Source: Polyangiaceae bacterium
Lineage (GTDB): Bacteria > Myxococcota_A > Polyangia > Polyangiales > Polyangiaceae
Assembly (NCBI GenBank): GCA_035063585.1
Contig: JAPSGB010000005.1
Span: forward strand, 96,001-160,000
Direction: 5' to 3'
DNA length: 64,000 bases
Below are positions 1-8,523 of this stretch, piece by piece (position 1 is the first letter of the stretch; every line of letters starts with the position of its first letter). The notes beneath the pieces were generated by a model, which worked only from the letters and a program-made list of their open reading frames with translations, was not told the origin of the DNA and searched no databases. A program made the translations under genes and the position numbers.

Positions 1-965
1 ACCATCCCCCAGGGTTGACCGATCGCCCACTTGAAGTCATCGAGCGGCTTCTGATCGAAGCCGAGCTTGGTCATGTCGAGCTGGAGGTTGCCCTTGTCGA
101 GGAGCCGGAGGACGACCTTCTCGCCCCACATGGTCGGCAAGACCGACACGCGGAAGTCCATCTCGCGGCCCTTGCCGAGCTTCAGCTTGATGCGGCCGTC
201 CTGCGGGAGCCGCCGCTCGGCGATGTCGAGCTGACTCATGATCTTGAGGCGGCTCACCAGCGCCGCCTTGAGCTTGAGCGGCGGGGTCATCTCCTCATGA
301 AGTACGCCGTCGATGCGATATCGGACGCGGAGGCGCTTCTCGTAAGGCTCGACGTGGATGTCGCTCGCGCCCTTCCGAATGGCGTTGAGCAAGAGCACGT
401 TCACGAGACGGACGACCGGCGCGTCCTCACTCTGGCGCTCGAGCTCGAGGGCGTTGAAATCCTCCTCGTCAGCGCCGAAATCGATGTCCTCGTCGCCGAG
501 ATCGAAGTCCGCCATCACCTCCTCGTAGGAGGGCCCCGCGTTGAAGTGGCGCTCGATCGCGGCTTGGATCGCCGACTCGCTGGCGACGACGGGCTCGACG
601 TTATAGCTGGTGAGAAACTTGATGTCGTCGATCGCGTGCAGGTTGGTCGGGTCGGCCATCGCGACGATGAGCGACGCGCCCGAGCGCGAGACCGGGATGA
701 TCTTGTGCTTCTCGCAGACCTCGCGGCTCACGAGCTTGATGATCTCCGCGTCGATCTCGTACTCGTCGAGGTCGATGGCGGGCAGCCGGTACTGCGAGCT
801 CAGGAAATTCGTGATCTCGCCGTCGGAGATGTACCCGAGCTTGGCGAGGGTGTATCCGAGGTTCTGGCCGGAGCGCCGCTGCTCCTCTTGAGCCTGGCGG
901 AGCTGCTGCAGGCTGATGAGCTTCTCGCGGACCAGGAGCTCGCCGAGTCGATTTCCAGTGCTCAT
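1..965 (-). CDS. pilB: Type IV pilus assembly ATPase PilB, 5' part (runs off the window start)
   Basis: Manual minus-strand translation from ATG 965: MSTGNRLGELLVREKLIS... (MshEN-like RLGxxL), AMADPTN, GASDIHVEP, RYRIDGVL, LDIAERRLPQDGR, GEKVVLRLLD. Missing from the ORF track because it has no stop inside the window. Confidence 0.95.
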   Translation of the reverse strand, partial: MSTGNRLGELLVREKLISLQQLRQAQEEQRRSGQNLGYTLAKLGYISDGEITNFLSSQYRLPAIDLDEYEIDAEIIKLVSREVCEKHKIIPVSRSGASLIVAMADPTNLHAIDDIKFLTSYNVEPVVASESAIQAAIERHFNAGPSYEEVMADFDLGDEDIDFGADEEDFNALELERQSEDAPVVRLVNVLLLNAIRKGASDIHVEPYEKRLRVRYRIDGVLHEEMTPPLKLKAALVSRLKIMSQLDIAERRLPQDGRIKLKLGKGREMDFRVSVLPTMWGEKVVLRLLDKGNLQLDMTKLGFDQKPLDDFKWAIGQPWGM

Positions 966-1069
966 GAATGTTCCAGTTCGAGGTGAATCCGAACAGTCTA
1001 CCACGCCGCTCGGCACCTCCGGGCTAGTCATTTTCCGCCTCGGTCCTCTACGATTCGGGCGGCCGGCAG

Positions 1070-2209
1070 ATGGGGTTCATGTCACGCATCAAGGCGCTCG
1101 TCTCGTCTCGCCGGGGGAGCGCGGAGGCGCGCCGCCAGGAGGCGCTCGGTAACCTCGAAGCGGCGACCGCGCTCTATCTCGAGCGGGGGGAGCGCGCGGA
1201 GGCCGCGCGGCTCTACGCGCTCCGCGCCGACGGCGCGCTCGACTCTGCGGCGCGCCTCCTCCTCCTCGCGCAAGCCGCCGAGCACGCCACCGGCGAGGCG
1301 AGGCGTGAGCTCCTGGTTCGGCGCGCCGGCCTGCTCGTCGAGCTCGCGCGCGCGGGAGCGCTCGAGTTCGGCGCGAGCGAGCTCCGGCGGCTCGGGGCGG
1401 AGCTCGAGTCGACCGGCGAGCACGGGGTCGCCGCCGACCTCTACCGGTTCGCCGGAGATGGCGAGGCGGAGGCGAGCGCGCTGGTCGCCGCGGGCGCGGT
1501 GGAGCGACTCGAGCAGGTCCTCGACCAGCGCGCGCTTGCGGAACGGCGGGAGCGCGAGCTCCGCGAGCGCGCGCGACGCGTCCAGGATCTGTTCGAGGCG
1601 GGGCGACGTCGCGAGGCGCTCGCGCTCGGCAGCGCGCTCACCGAGCACGCGGACGTGGCGGCGATCGTCGGGCGCATCGAGCGCGATCGCGTGAGCGGGC
1701 CCTGCGCGTGGCTCGTCGTCGGAGGCGACGCGCTCGAGGTCGTCTTCGGCGACAGCGTCTCGATCGGTCGCGCCGAGGCGACGCTCGCGGTCGCCTCGCC
1801 GGCGGTGAGCCGCAAGCACCTGGTGATCCGCCGCGGGAGCGCGGGACCCGAGGTGCTCGACGCCGGCTCGCACAACGGGACGACGCTCTCCGGCGTGCGG
1901 CTCGCCGCGCCGCTCGCGGTGGGCCAGGGGCTCGCGCTCGTGCTCGGCGGCGAGCTCGAGGTCCGCGTTCGCCCCTGGGAGCGCGGGGTCGTCATCGAGC
2001 TCGGGCAGCGGACCGTGCACGCGCCGCTCGGTCCTCTCGAGGTCGGCGCGTGGCAGGTCGCTCTCGCGAGCGACGCTTGGCTCGAGCTCGAGTCGCGCGA
2101 GCCGGCCTACTTCGGGTCGCTCCGCACCGAGGCGCGCGTCGAGCTCTGCCGCGGCGACGCGCTCTCGCGGGAGCCGGGCGGTCCGGTAGTGCTCGAGGTG
2201 CGGCGGTGA
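1070..2209 (+). CDS. FHA domain protein with N-terminal helical (TPR/SNAP-like) region
   Basis: FHA motifs SIGR...AVSRKH...SHNGT in the C-terminal part; GTGA overlap with the downstream kinase. Confidence 0.8.
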   Translation: MGFMSRIKALVSSRRGSAEARRQEALGNLEAATALYLERGERAEAARLYALRADGALDSAARLLLLAQAAEHATGEARRELLVRRAGLLVELARAGALEFGASELRRLGAELESTGEHGVAADLYRFAGDGEAEASALVAAGAVERLEQVLDQRALAERRERELRERARRVQDLFEAGRRREALALGSALTEHADVAAIVGRIERDRVSGPCAWLVVGGDALEVVFGDSVSIGRAEATLAVASPAVSRKHLVIRRGSAGPEVLDAGSHNGTTLSGVRLAAPLAVGQGLALVLGGELEVRVRPWERGVVIELGQRTVHAPLGPLEVGAWQVALASDAWLELESREPAYFGSLRTEARVELCRGDALSREPGGPVVLEVRR

Positions 2210-3468
2210 GCCCGTCGTGGTGGCGCCGGCTGGTCGGCGGCGCGCGCCCGAAGGCGTCCGCGCCCCGCGCGGCCTCCCCCCCGCCGCCGCCTGTCGAGCC
2301 TGCGCTCGCCGCCGTGAGCGGCCAGGATGCGCGCGGGCTCGACGCGCTCGACCCGAGCTCGCCCGCGCCGCTCGCGGATGCGCTCGCCGCGCTGCGCGCG
2401 GCCGAGGGCAGCACGCGCGAGCGCGCCGCCATCGAGGCGGTGCTCCGGGCGCGCGGCGCAGGTCGCGCGCCCGAAGAGCTGCTGGTCGCTCTCGCGGGGC
2501 TCCTCGGCCGGCGCGGCGAGCCGGAGCGCGCGCTCACCATCCTCCTCGGGCTCCGCTCGAACGCTGCGCTCTTGATGGCGGCGGATCTGCTCGCGGCTCA
2601 GGGGCTCGTCGCGGACGCGCTCGCGCGGGTCGAGCGAGTGATGGCGCGCGACCTCGGCTGGCCTGGCGCGCGCGAGCGACACACGCGATGGGCCGAGCGG
2701 CTCGGCAGAGCACCGGCGCGCCCGCCCTCTGCGGCCGAGCCGACCGTGCTGCGCCACGAGCTGCCGGTGTCGTCCCTCCGCATCGTGGGCGAGGCTGGTC
2801 GCGGCGGCGCGGGGGTCGTCTACGAGGCGGTGGATGACGCGCTCGAGCGCCGCGTAGCGCTCAAGGTATACCATCACTCGAGCGCGGAGCGGTCACAGCT
2901 CGAGCGCGAGGCGCGCCTCGCGGTGGAGCTTGCCGGGCCGGGCGTGGTCCGCGTGTTCGACCTGGATCCGGAGCGCGGGTGGCTCATCATGGAGTGGCTC
3001 CCGAGCGGCGCGCTGAAGCGCTGGCTCACGCGCGCGGACGTCGAGCTGCTCTGGCCCATCGAGCGTTGGTTCACGCCGCTCATCCGGGCGCTCGCCCGCG
3101 TGCACGCCGCCGGGCTGGTGCACGCGGATCTGAAGCCGGCAAACGTGCTGTTCCGCGATCCGTCATCGCCCCTCGTGAGCGACTTCGGGCTCGCCGCGCC
3201 TCCGGGCACGCGGTCGGAGGGCGGGAGCCTCGGCTACCTCTCACCGGAGCGCCTGTCGTCGGGCATCCTCGGCTACTCCGACGACGTCTACGCGCTCGGT
3301 CGCATCCTAGAGGACGCGCTCGACGTGCTCTCGCGGCCTCGGCCGGCGGGCGAAGCGCTCGCGCGGTGGCGCGAGGTCGCCGAGCGCGCCACCGCACCGG
3401 CCTCGGGTCGCCCCGCCGACGCGAGCGCGCTGCTCGCCGTCACCCTGCGGCAAGGCGGGACTGCTTGA
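2206..3468 (+). CDS. Ser/Thr protein kinase with N-terminal helical region
   Basis: GRGGAGVVY, VALK, HADLKPAN, SDFG, LSPE, DDVYALG. Start set at GTG 2206, which overlaps the upstream TGA; the track ORF from 1708 is over-extended. Confidence 0.9.
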   Translation: MSPSWWRRLVGGARPKASAPRAASPPPPPVEPALAAVSGQDARGLDALDPSSPAPLADALAALRAAEGSTRERAAIEAVLRARGAGRAPEELLVALAGLLGRRGEPERALTILLGLRSNAALLMAADLLAAQGLVADALARVERVMARDLGWPGARERHTRWAERLGRAPARPPSAAEPTVLRHELPVSSLRIVGEAGRGGAGVVYEAVDDALERRVALKVYHHSSAERSQLEREARLAVELAGPGVVRVFDLDPERGWLIMEWLPSGALKRWLTRADVELLWPIERWFTPLIRALARVHAAGLVHADLKPANVLFRDPSSPLVSDFGLAAPPGTRSEGGSLGYLSPERLSSGILGYSDDVYALGRILEDALDVLSRPRPAGEALARWREVAERATAPASGRPADASALLAVTLRQGGTA

Positions 3469-3492
3469 CGGGATCGGCCCGGCTCACATACT
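3465..3492 (+). promoter_or_regulatory. Putative sigma70-type promoter for moeB
   Basis: TTGACG (3465-3470), 16-nt spacer, CATACT (3487-3492); AGGA shortly before the GTG start at 3548. Confidence 0.45.
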
Positions 3493-3547
3493 TGCCCTGG
3501 CTCTCGCGGCTCGCGCGGCGGGCCGCTCCGCGCGCAGGACTCGACGA

Positions 3548-4735
3548 GTGAAGAAGACCTTCAGCGAACTTTTCGCGGACGCTCGTGACGAGGTGGAGCT
3601 CGTCTCGCTCGAGGCGCTGGCGGCGCGGCTGGAGCGGCCCGCGCCGCCCGTGCTCGTGGACGTGAGGGAGAAGGACGAGGTGCGGAGCGGGATGATCCCG
3701 GGCGCCATCCACATCCCGCGCGGCTTCCTCGAGGTGCGCGCCGAGGAGTTGCTCCCTGACCGGGACGCCGAGATCGTCGTCTACTGCGCGGCCGGGGTAC
3801 GGAGCGTGCTGGCAGCGAAGACGCTCGCGGAGCTCGGCTACACCCGCGTGTCGAGCGCCGATCCCGGGTTCATGCGCTGGCGGGATCTCGAACTACCGGT
3901 GGAGGTGCCGCCGAGCTTCACCGACCAGCAACGCGAGCGCTATTCCCGTCATCTGCTCGTGCCCGAGCTCGGCGAGCTCGGCCAGGCGAGGTTGCTCGCG
4001 AGTCGCGTGCTCCTGCTCGGTGCGGGCGGCCTCGGTTCGCCGGCGGCGCTCTATCTGGCTGCGGCCGGGGTCGGCACCCTCGGGCTGGTCGACGCCGATC
4101 GCGTAGAGCTCTCGAACCTGCAGCGACAGGTCATACATGCGACGAGCCGCCTCGGCCGAATGAAGGTGGATAGCGCCGAGTCGGTGCTCGGCGACCTGAA
4201 CCCGGACGTGCGCGTGCTCAAGTATCCCGAGCGTCTCACTCGCGAGAACGTCGATCGAGTCTTCGGCGTCGGCTGGGACGTCATCGTCGACGGTTGCGAC
4301 AACTTCCCGACGCGCTACCTCGTGAACGACGCCTCGCTCCTGCATCGGATCCCGGTCGTGCACGGCTCCATCTTCCGCTTCGACGGCCAGGTGACGACCT
4401 TCGCGCCTTTGGCGCCGTGGAGCGGCCCCTGTTACCGCTGCCTGTATCCCGAGCCGCCCCCTCCCGAGCTCGCTCCCTCGTGCGTCGAGGCCGGAGTGCT
4501 CGGCGTGCTGCCCGGGACCATCGGGCTGCTCCAGGCGACCGAGGCTTTGAAGCTACTGCTCGGGCGCGGCGAGCCGCTGGTCGGGCGGCTCCTCGCGTAC
4601 GACGCGCTCGCGATGACCTTCCGCACCCTCAGGTTCTCGAAGGAGCCTCGTTGTCCGGCCTGCGGCGAGGCGCGCGCCCGCGACGGATACCCCGACTACG
4701 AGGGTTTTTGTCGAGGCGGCGCGGCACACGTCTGA
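3548..4735 (+). CDS. moeB: Rhodanese-MoeB/ThiF fusion (sulfur-carrier adenylyltransferase, MoeZ/MoeBR type)
   Basis: Rhodanese VDVRE...IPGA...YCAAGVRS, then RYSRHL, GAGGLG, SNLQRQ, DGCDNF, CYRC, PSC and CPAC. Confidence 0.93.
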   Translation: MKKTFSELFADARDEVELVSLEALAARLERPAPPVLVDVREKDEVRSGMIPGAIHIPRGFLEVRAEELLPDRDAEIVVYCAAGVRSVLAAKTLAELGYTRVSSADPGFMRWRDLELPVEVPPSFTDQQRERYSRHLLVPELGELGQARLLASRVLLLGAGGLGSPAALYLAAAGVGTLGLVDADRVELSNLQRQVIHATSRLGRMKVDSAESVLGDLNPDVRVLKYPERLTRENVDRVFGVGWDVIVDGCDNFPTRYLVNDASLLHRIPVVHGSIFRFDGQVTTFAPLAPWSGPCYRCLYPEPPPPELAPSCVEAGVLGVLPGTIGLLQATEALKLLLGRGEPLVGRLLAYDALAMTFRTLRFSKEPRCPACGEARARDGYPDYEGFCRGGAAHV

Positions 4736-4798
4736 GCGCGCCGACGCCGCGAGCCCACCGCGCCGAACCGACCACCCTCTCGAGAGGCCTGCCGGCGG

Positions 4799-5848
4799 TC
4801 AGGCGCTGGCGGCGATCTCGCCCGCCGGCTCGCTCTCCCGCACCGGCGCGGGCTGCTCGAAGAACGTCGGCCAGCTCGGCTCGAGCCCGAGCGCAGCGCG
4901 CCGCGCGAGCTCCCGGCGGGTGACCAGCACCGTCGCGTAGAGCGCGGTGACGCTGAGCGCGAGCCCGACCACCACATCGATGACGTAGTGCCAGCGGAGG
5001 AACATGGTCGCGCCGATGATGTTGACGGCGAAGAGCGCGACGATGGGCCAGGTGTACTTGAAGGGCAGCTTGTCGCGGTGGCGGAACGAGAAGAGCGCGA
5101 TGTAGGTCGGTGCCGCCGTGTGGAGGGAGGGGAAGATGTCCTTCTGCGCGCCACCCTCCGCGACCGTCTTCATCACCATGTCGAGCCACATCCCGTGCGG
5201 GAAGGGGCGCTGGAACTGATCGGCCATGGCCTCGTGCGGGCCAAAGCCGGGCACCACCATGTAGAGCGTGTGGCCGACGCAGAACACGATCAGCATCCCG
5301 AGCGCGAACTCGCCGAGCAGCCGCTGTTGTCGCGAGCCCATCAGGATCGGGATCACGTGAAGCGCGAGCACGAAGAAGTAGGCGAAATAGAAGAACGAGA
5401 ACCACTCGGTGGTGAGCGGCGTGACGATGCGATCGAGGTAGATGGCCGGCTCGACGCCGAAGACCCGCATGTCGAACTGGTAGAGCTCTTGATCGAGCGA
5501 GCGCGAGTTCACCATCGGCAAGAGTATCGCCATGAAGAAGTAGCTCAGCTGGACCGTGCCGTAGATCGCCAGGCGGTAGGTGAGGGGCGCGAAGAACGAA
5601 TGGCGAAGGATGCGGCCGCGCACCAAGAAGAGGACCGCGACCAGGAACGCGAGGAGCGCCGCCACGCGCTCCTGCGACTCCACCTGCGCCGGGCCGGGCG
5701 TGCCGCGCCAGGTGGCGACGTTCAAGACCAGGAGATAGGTGAAGACGAGCCAGTCGTGCGGGGCCAGCTCACGCAGCGTCCGCTGCCAATACGGCGGCTC
5801 CCGGCGTTCCGCCGGGTCGAGCCCCGAGAGTGATCCTGCCGTCCGCAT
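4799..5848 (-). CDS. PAP2-family membrane phosphotransferase/phosphatase (AUR1/IPC-synthase-like)
   Basis: Multiple TM segments; FPSLH and RWHYVID catalytic motifs. Confidence 0.8.
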   Translation of the reverse strand: MRTAGSLSGLDPAERREPPYWQRTLRELAPHDWLVFTYLLVLNVATWRGTPGPAQVESQERVAALLAFLVAVLFLVRGRILRHSFFAPLTYRLAIYGTVQLSYFFMAILLPMVNSRSLDQELYQFDMRVFGVEPAIYLDRIVTPLTTEWFSFFYFAYFFVLALHVIPILMGSRQQRLLGEFALGMLIVFCVGHTLYMVVPGFGPHEAMADQFQRPFPHGMWLDMVMKTVAEGGAQKDIFPSLHTAAPTYIALFSFRHRDKLPFKYTWPIVALFAVNIIGATMFLRWHYVIDVVVGLALSVTALYATVLVTRRELARRAALGLEPSWPTFFEQPAPVRESEPAGEIAASA

Positions 5849-5967
5849 GGCGAGCCGCGCCTCTAGCGCGACTCCGAGTCTAGCGCGAGCGCGCCCGGCG
5901 GAGGTACCGGCGCGCCCGAGCTCGGGGGCAAGGTGCGTAAGTGATTACGCAGCGGCGCGCGTGCGCC

Positions 5968-6753
5968 TCAGCGCCGCGCGCGCCCGTGGCGCGGCGCGGC
6001 GTTCGTCTCTGCTTCGGGCGCGTCTTCGTCGTCGGCGGAGCCGGGGCCGATCCGCATCCGCTCACCCTCGGTTCGGAAGAGCACCTCGCCGGCGTCGGTC
6101 ACGCGCGCGCGCACGAAGTCTCGCGCGCTCAGGCCGGCGAGCAGCGCCTCGGCGTCGCTCTCGTCGACGCGCATCACGCTCGCCAGACGCGCGGCGGAGA
6201 GCTCCGGTCCGAGCTCGCGCATGACGTCCGACGCCACCAGCTCCCAGGCCTCGTCGAGCGCCGTGTCGCGCTCGCGCGCATGACGACCGCCCCGCTTCCA
6301 CGCCCACGCCGCGAGCAGCATCGGCACGCTCACGCCGAGGAGCAAGCCCGCCGTCGCGAGCGCGCCTCCCGACGCCACGAGGAGCGTCAAGACCCCCACC
6401 ACGAGCGACACCAACCCGAAGGCCCCGAGCGCGGCGCTACCGGCGCGCCACGCGGTGGAGCGAACGCGCGCGCGCTGCGTGCGCTCGAGCGCACGCACTT
6501 CGCGGCCCGTGCGCGCGATGGCACCGTCGTCGAGCGGGATGCGCGGGCCGCCGCACACGCGGCAGCGGAAGCGGAGCTGCGGATCGGGCTCCACGTCGGT
6601 GACCGAGCGGCAGTGCGGGCACCGGTTGCGCTCGCCGTAGGTCGCGCCGCACGAGCGACAGCGCAGCGTACCCGGCTCGAGAGCGTCGCCACACACGCGG
6701 CAGGTGTCGCCCGGCGCCGGTGCGCCAGCCACGGCTGGATTTCTCGCGGTCAA
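5968..6753 (-). CDS. Hypothetical membrane protein with N-terminal double zinc ribbon
   Basis: Four CxxC pairs (CRVC, CRSC, CPHC, CRVC), two hydrophobic helices, helical C-terminus; start uncertain. Confidence 0.7.
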   Translation of the reverse strand: MTARNPAVAGAPAPGDTCRVCGDALEPGTLRCRSCGATYGERNRCPHCRSVTDVEPDPQLRFRCRVCGGPRIPLDDGAIARTGREVRALERTQRARVRSTAWRAGSAALGAFGLVSLVVGVLTLLVASGGALATAGLLLGVSVPMLLAAWAWKRGGRHARERDTALDEAWELVASDVMRELGPELSAARLASVMRVDESDAEALLAGLSARDFVRARVTDAGEVLFRTEGERMRIGPGSADDEDAPEAETNAAPRHGRARR

Positions 6754-6857
6754 GCGCTCGGAGGCCTACCGCCGATCCTCGCCCGCGTCACGGCCTTGCG
6801 CGAATTTCCCCGCGGGGAGGCTGGCTCGAGCGCCTCCGGTGTAATAGTGTTCCAGCC

Positions 6858-7949
6858 GTGAAGCGCCTCGAGGCGGTCGACGAGCCACTGACGCCGGAGG
6901 GCGAAGCAGCTTGCCGGCCGGAGAGCGAGCTCGCCGCGGCGCTGCATGAGGTGTCGAACGCGCTGACGGTGGTGCTCGGGTGGCTCGACGCCGCCTACGC
7001 GGGGTTACCCGCCGGCGCGCCGCGCGAGGCAGTGGAGGTGGCGCGCACCCACGCGCGCCGCGGTCACCGGCTGGCGCGCGAGGCCATCGGCGCGACCGTG
7101 ACGCTCTCCGACGCGGATCGCACCGCGTCCGCGCTCGCGCGCGAGGTGCTTCGCGGGGTTGCCAAGGAGAGTGAGCGCCGCGGCGTTCGGCTCGAGCTCA
7201 TGGCTCGGAGCGACGAGGCCCTGGTGCACGATCCGGGCGCGGTGGCTCAGATCCTCTTGAACCTGCTCCTGAACGCGGTGGCGTTCTCGCCGGAAGGCGG
7301 CGCGGTCGAGCTCCGTGTGAGCGACGACGGACACTCCGTCGTGTTCGAGGTGCACGACGATGGCCCGGGGATCTCGGCGGAGCGCGCCGAGGAGCTCTTC
7401 GCGTCGCCGGGCTCGACCCGCGCCGGCGGTGCGGGCATCGGCCTGCGTCACGCGGCCGAGCTCGCTCGGCGGCACGGCGGCGCGCTCGCGCTCGCGCAGG
7501 CGGGGCCGAGCGCGTGCTTCCGACTCTCGTGGCCCATGGTCGCCGCGCGCTCCGGTACCCGCGTGACGGCGGCTCCCCCGCGCTCGATCGCGGACGCACG
7601 CGTGCTCGTGCTCGAGGATGACGTCGCGGTGCGCTCGCTCATCGAGCTCGCGCTCGAAGCGCGCGGCGCGCAGGTGCTCTGCGCGAGCAACCTCGATGAG
7701 CTCGAGCGGGTCACCGCGCGGGGCGCGCTCCTCGACGCCGCGCTGGTCGATCTCTCACCCATCGCCGCGGACGTCCGCGGCGCGCTCGCGCTGGTGCGCC
7801 GCGTGAGCCCCTCGGTCCCGGTGGTGCTCATCAGCGGCGCCGCGAGCGGCGTGCCCGAAGGGCTCGCCGGGGAGTTCGCGGCGTGGGTGCGGAAGCCCTT
7901 CGAGCTCGGCGAGATCCTCGACACGCTCGCGGACGTGCTCGGAGCCTGA
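6858..7949 (+). CDS. Hybrid histidine kinase-receiver protein lacking an obvious sensor domain
   Basis: LHEVSNAL (H box), NLLLNA, DDGPGI, GAGIGL; receiver VLEDD...LVDL...RKPF. Start set at GTG 6858. Confidence 0.88.
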   Translation: MKRLEAVDEPLTPEGEAACRPESELAAALHEVSNALTVVLGWLDAAYAGLPAGAPREAVEVARTHARRGHRLAREAIGATVTLSDADRTASALAREVLRGVAKESERRGVRLELMARSDEALVHDPGAVAQILLNLLLNAVAFSPEGGAVELRVSDDGHSVVFEVHDDGPGISAERAEELFASPGSTRAGGAGIGLRHAAELARRHGGALALAQAGPSACFRLSWPMVAARSGTRVTAAPPRSIADARVLVLEDDVAVRSLIELALEARGAQVLCASNLDELERVTARGALLDAALVDLSPIAADVRGALALVRRVSPSVPVVLISGAASGVPEGLAGEFAAWVRKPFELGEILDTLADVLGA

Positions 7950-8019
7950 GCCGAGCGCGGTCGGGCAGTGGTGCCGGTCCGGCGCGAGCGCCTCGCGGCG
8001 CGACGTATGCGCTGGACAC

Positions 8020-8038
8020 TATATCGTGAAGCGATATA
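8020..8038. promoter_or_regulatory. Palindromic operator, probable MarR-family binding site
   Basis: Perfect inverted repeat TATATCG-N5-CGATATA, strikingly AT-rich here, 8 nt before the likely GTG start (8047) of the MarR gene. Confidence 0.7.
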
Positions 8039-8046
8039 AGGGCGCC

Positions 8047-8523
8047 GTGAACCATGACTTGACCGAGGACGATTACGTCCTCCTCTTCGAGCTTCGAAGG
8101 TCGATTCGGCGCTTCCTTCGCTTCAGCGAGGAGGCCGCGCGAGCGCTCCGCGTGGAGCCTCAGCAACACCAGGCGATGCTCGCCATCCGCGCCAACGCGC
8201 GGCTCGGCCGGGCCCGGATCGGGGATCTTGCCGACTGGCTCCAGCTCCGCCACCACAGCGCGGTGGAGCTGGTCGATCGCCTGGTCCAGCGCGGCCTCGT
8301 GGAGCGCTCGCGCGGTGAGGGCGACCGGCGCTTCGTCCACGTCGCGCTCACCGCGGAGGGCGCGCAGGTGCTCGCCGAGCTGTCACGGCACCATCAGGCC
8401 GAGCTCCGGAGGGCCGGGCCTGCGCTCGCGCGGGTCCTCGAACAGCTCACCGGCGACGCGGGGTCGGCTGACGCCGCGAAGCTCGCGCTCGAGCACGAGA
8501 CGAAGGGGCTCGGCGAGTCATGA
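8047..8523 (+). CDS. MarR-family transcriptional regulator
   Basis: IGDLADWLQLRHHSAVELVDRL...GLVER...DRRFVHVALTAEG winged-helix pattern. The alternative start 8026 lies inside the operator. Confidence 0.9.
   Translation: MNHDLTEDDYVLLFELRRSIRRFLRFSEEAARALRVEPQQHQAMLAIRANARLGRARIGDLADWLQLRHHSAVELVDRLVQRGLVERSRGEGDRRFVHVALTAEGAQVLAELSRHHQAELRRAGPALARVLEQLTGDAGSADAAKLALEHETKGLGES

Noticed and set aside
15..986. 323-aa plus-strand ORF
   Set aside because: Antisense shadow of pilB, whose minus-strand frame has clear family motifs.
3548..4735. E1-like enzyme as part of a ubiquitin-like defence or RiPP system
   Set aside because: No ubiquitin-like/MoaD, JAB, E2 or precursor-peptide gene is adjacent; it looks like a housekeeping rhodanese-MoeB.
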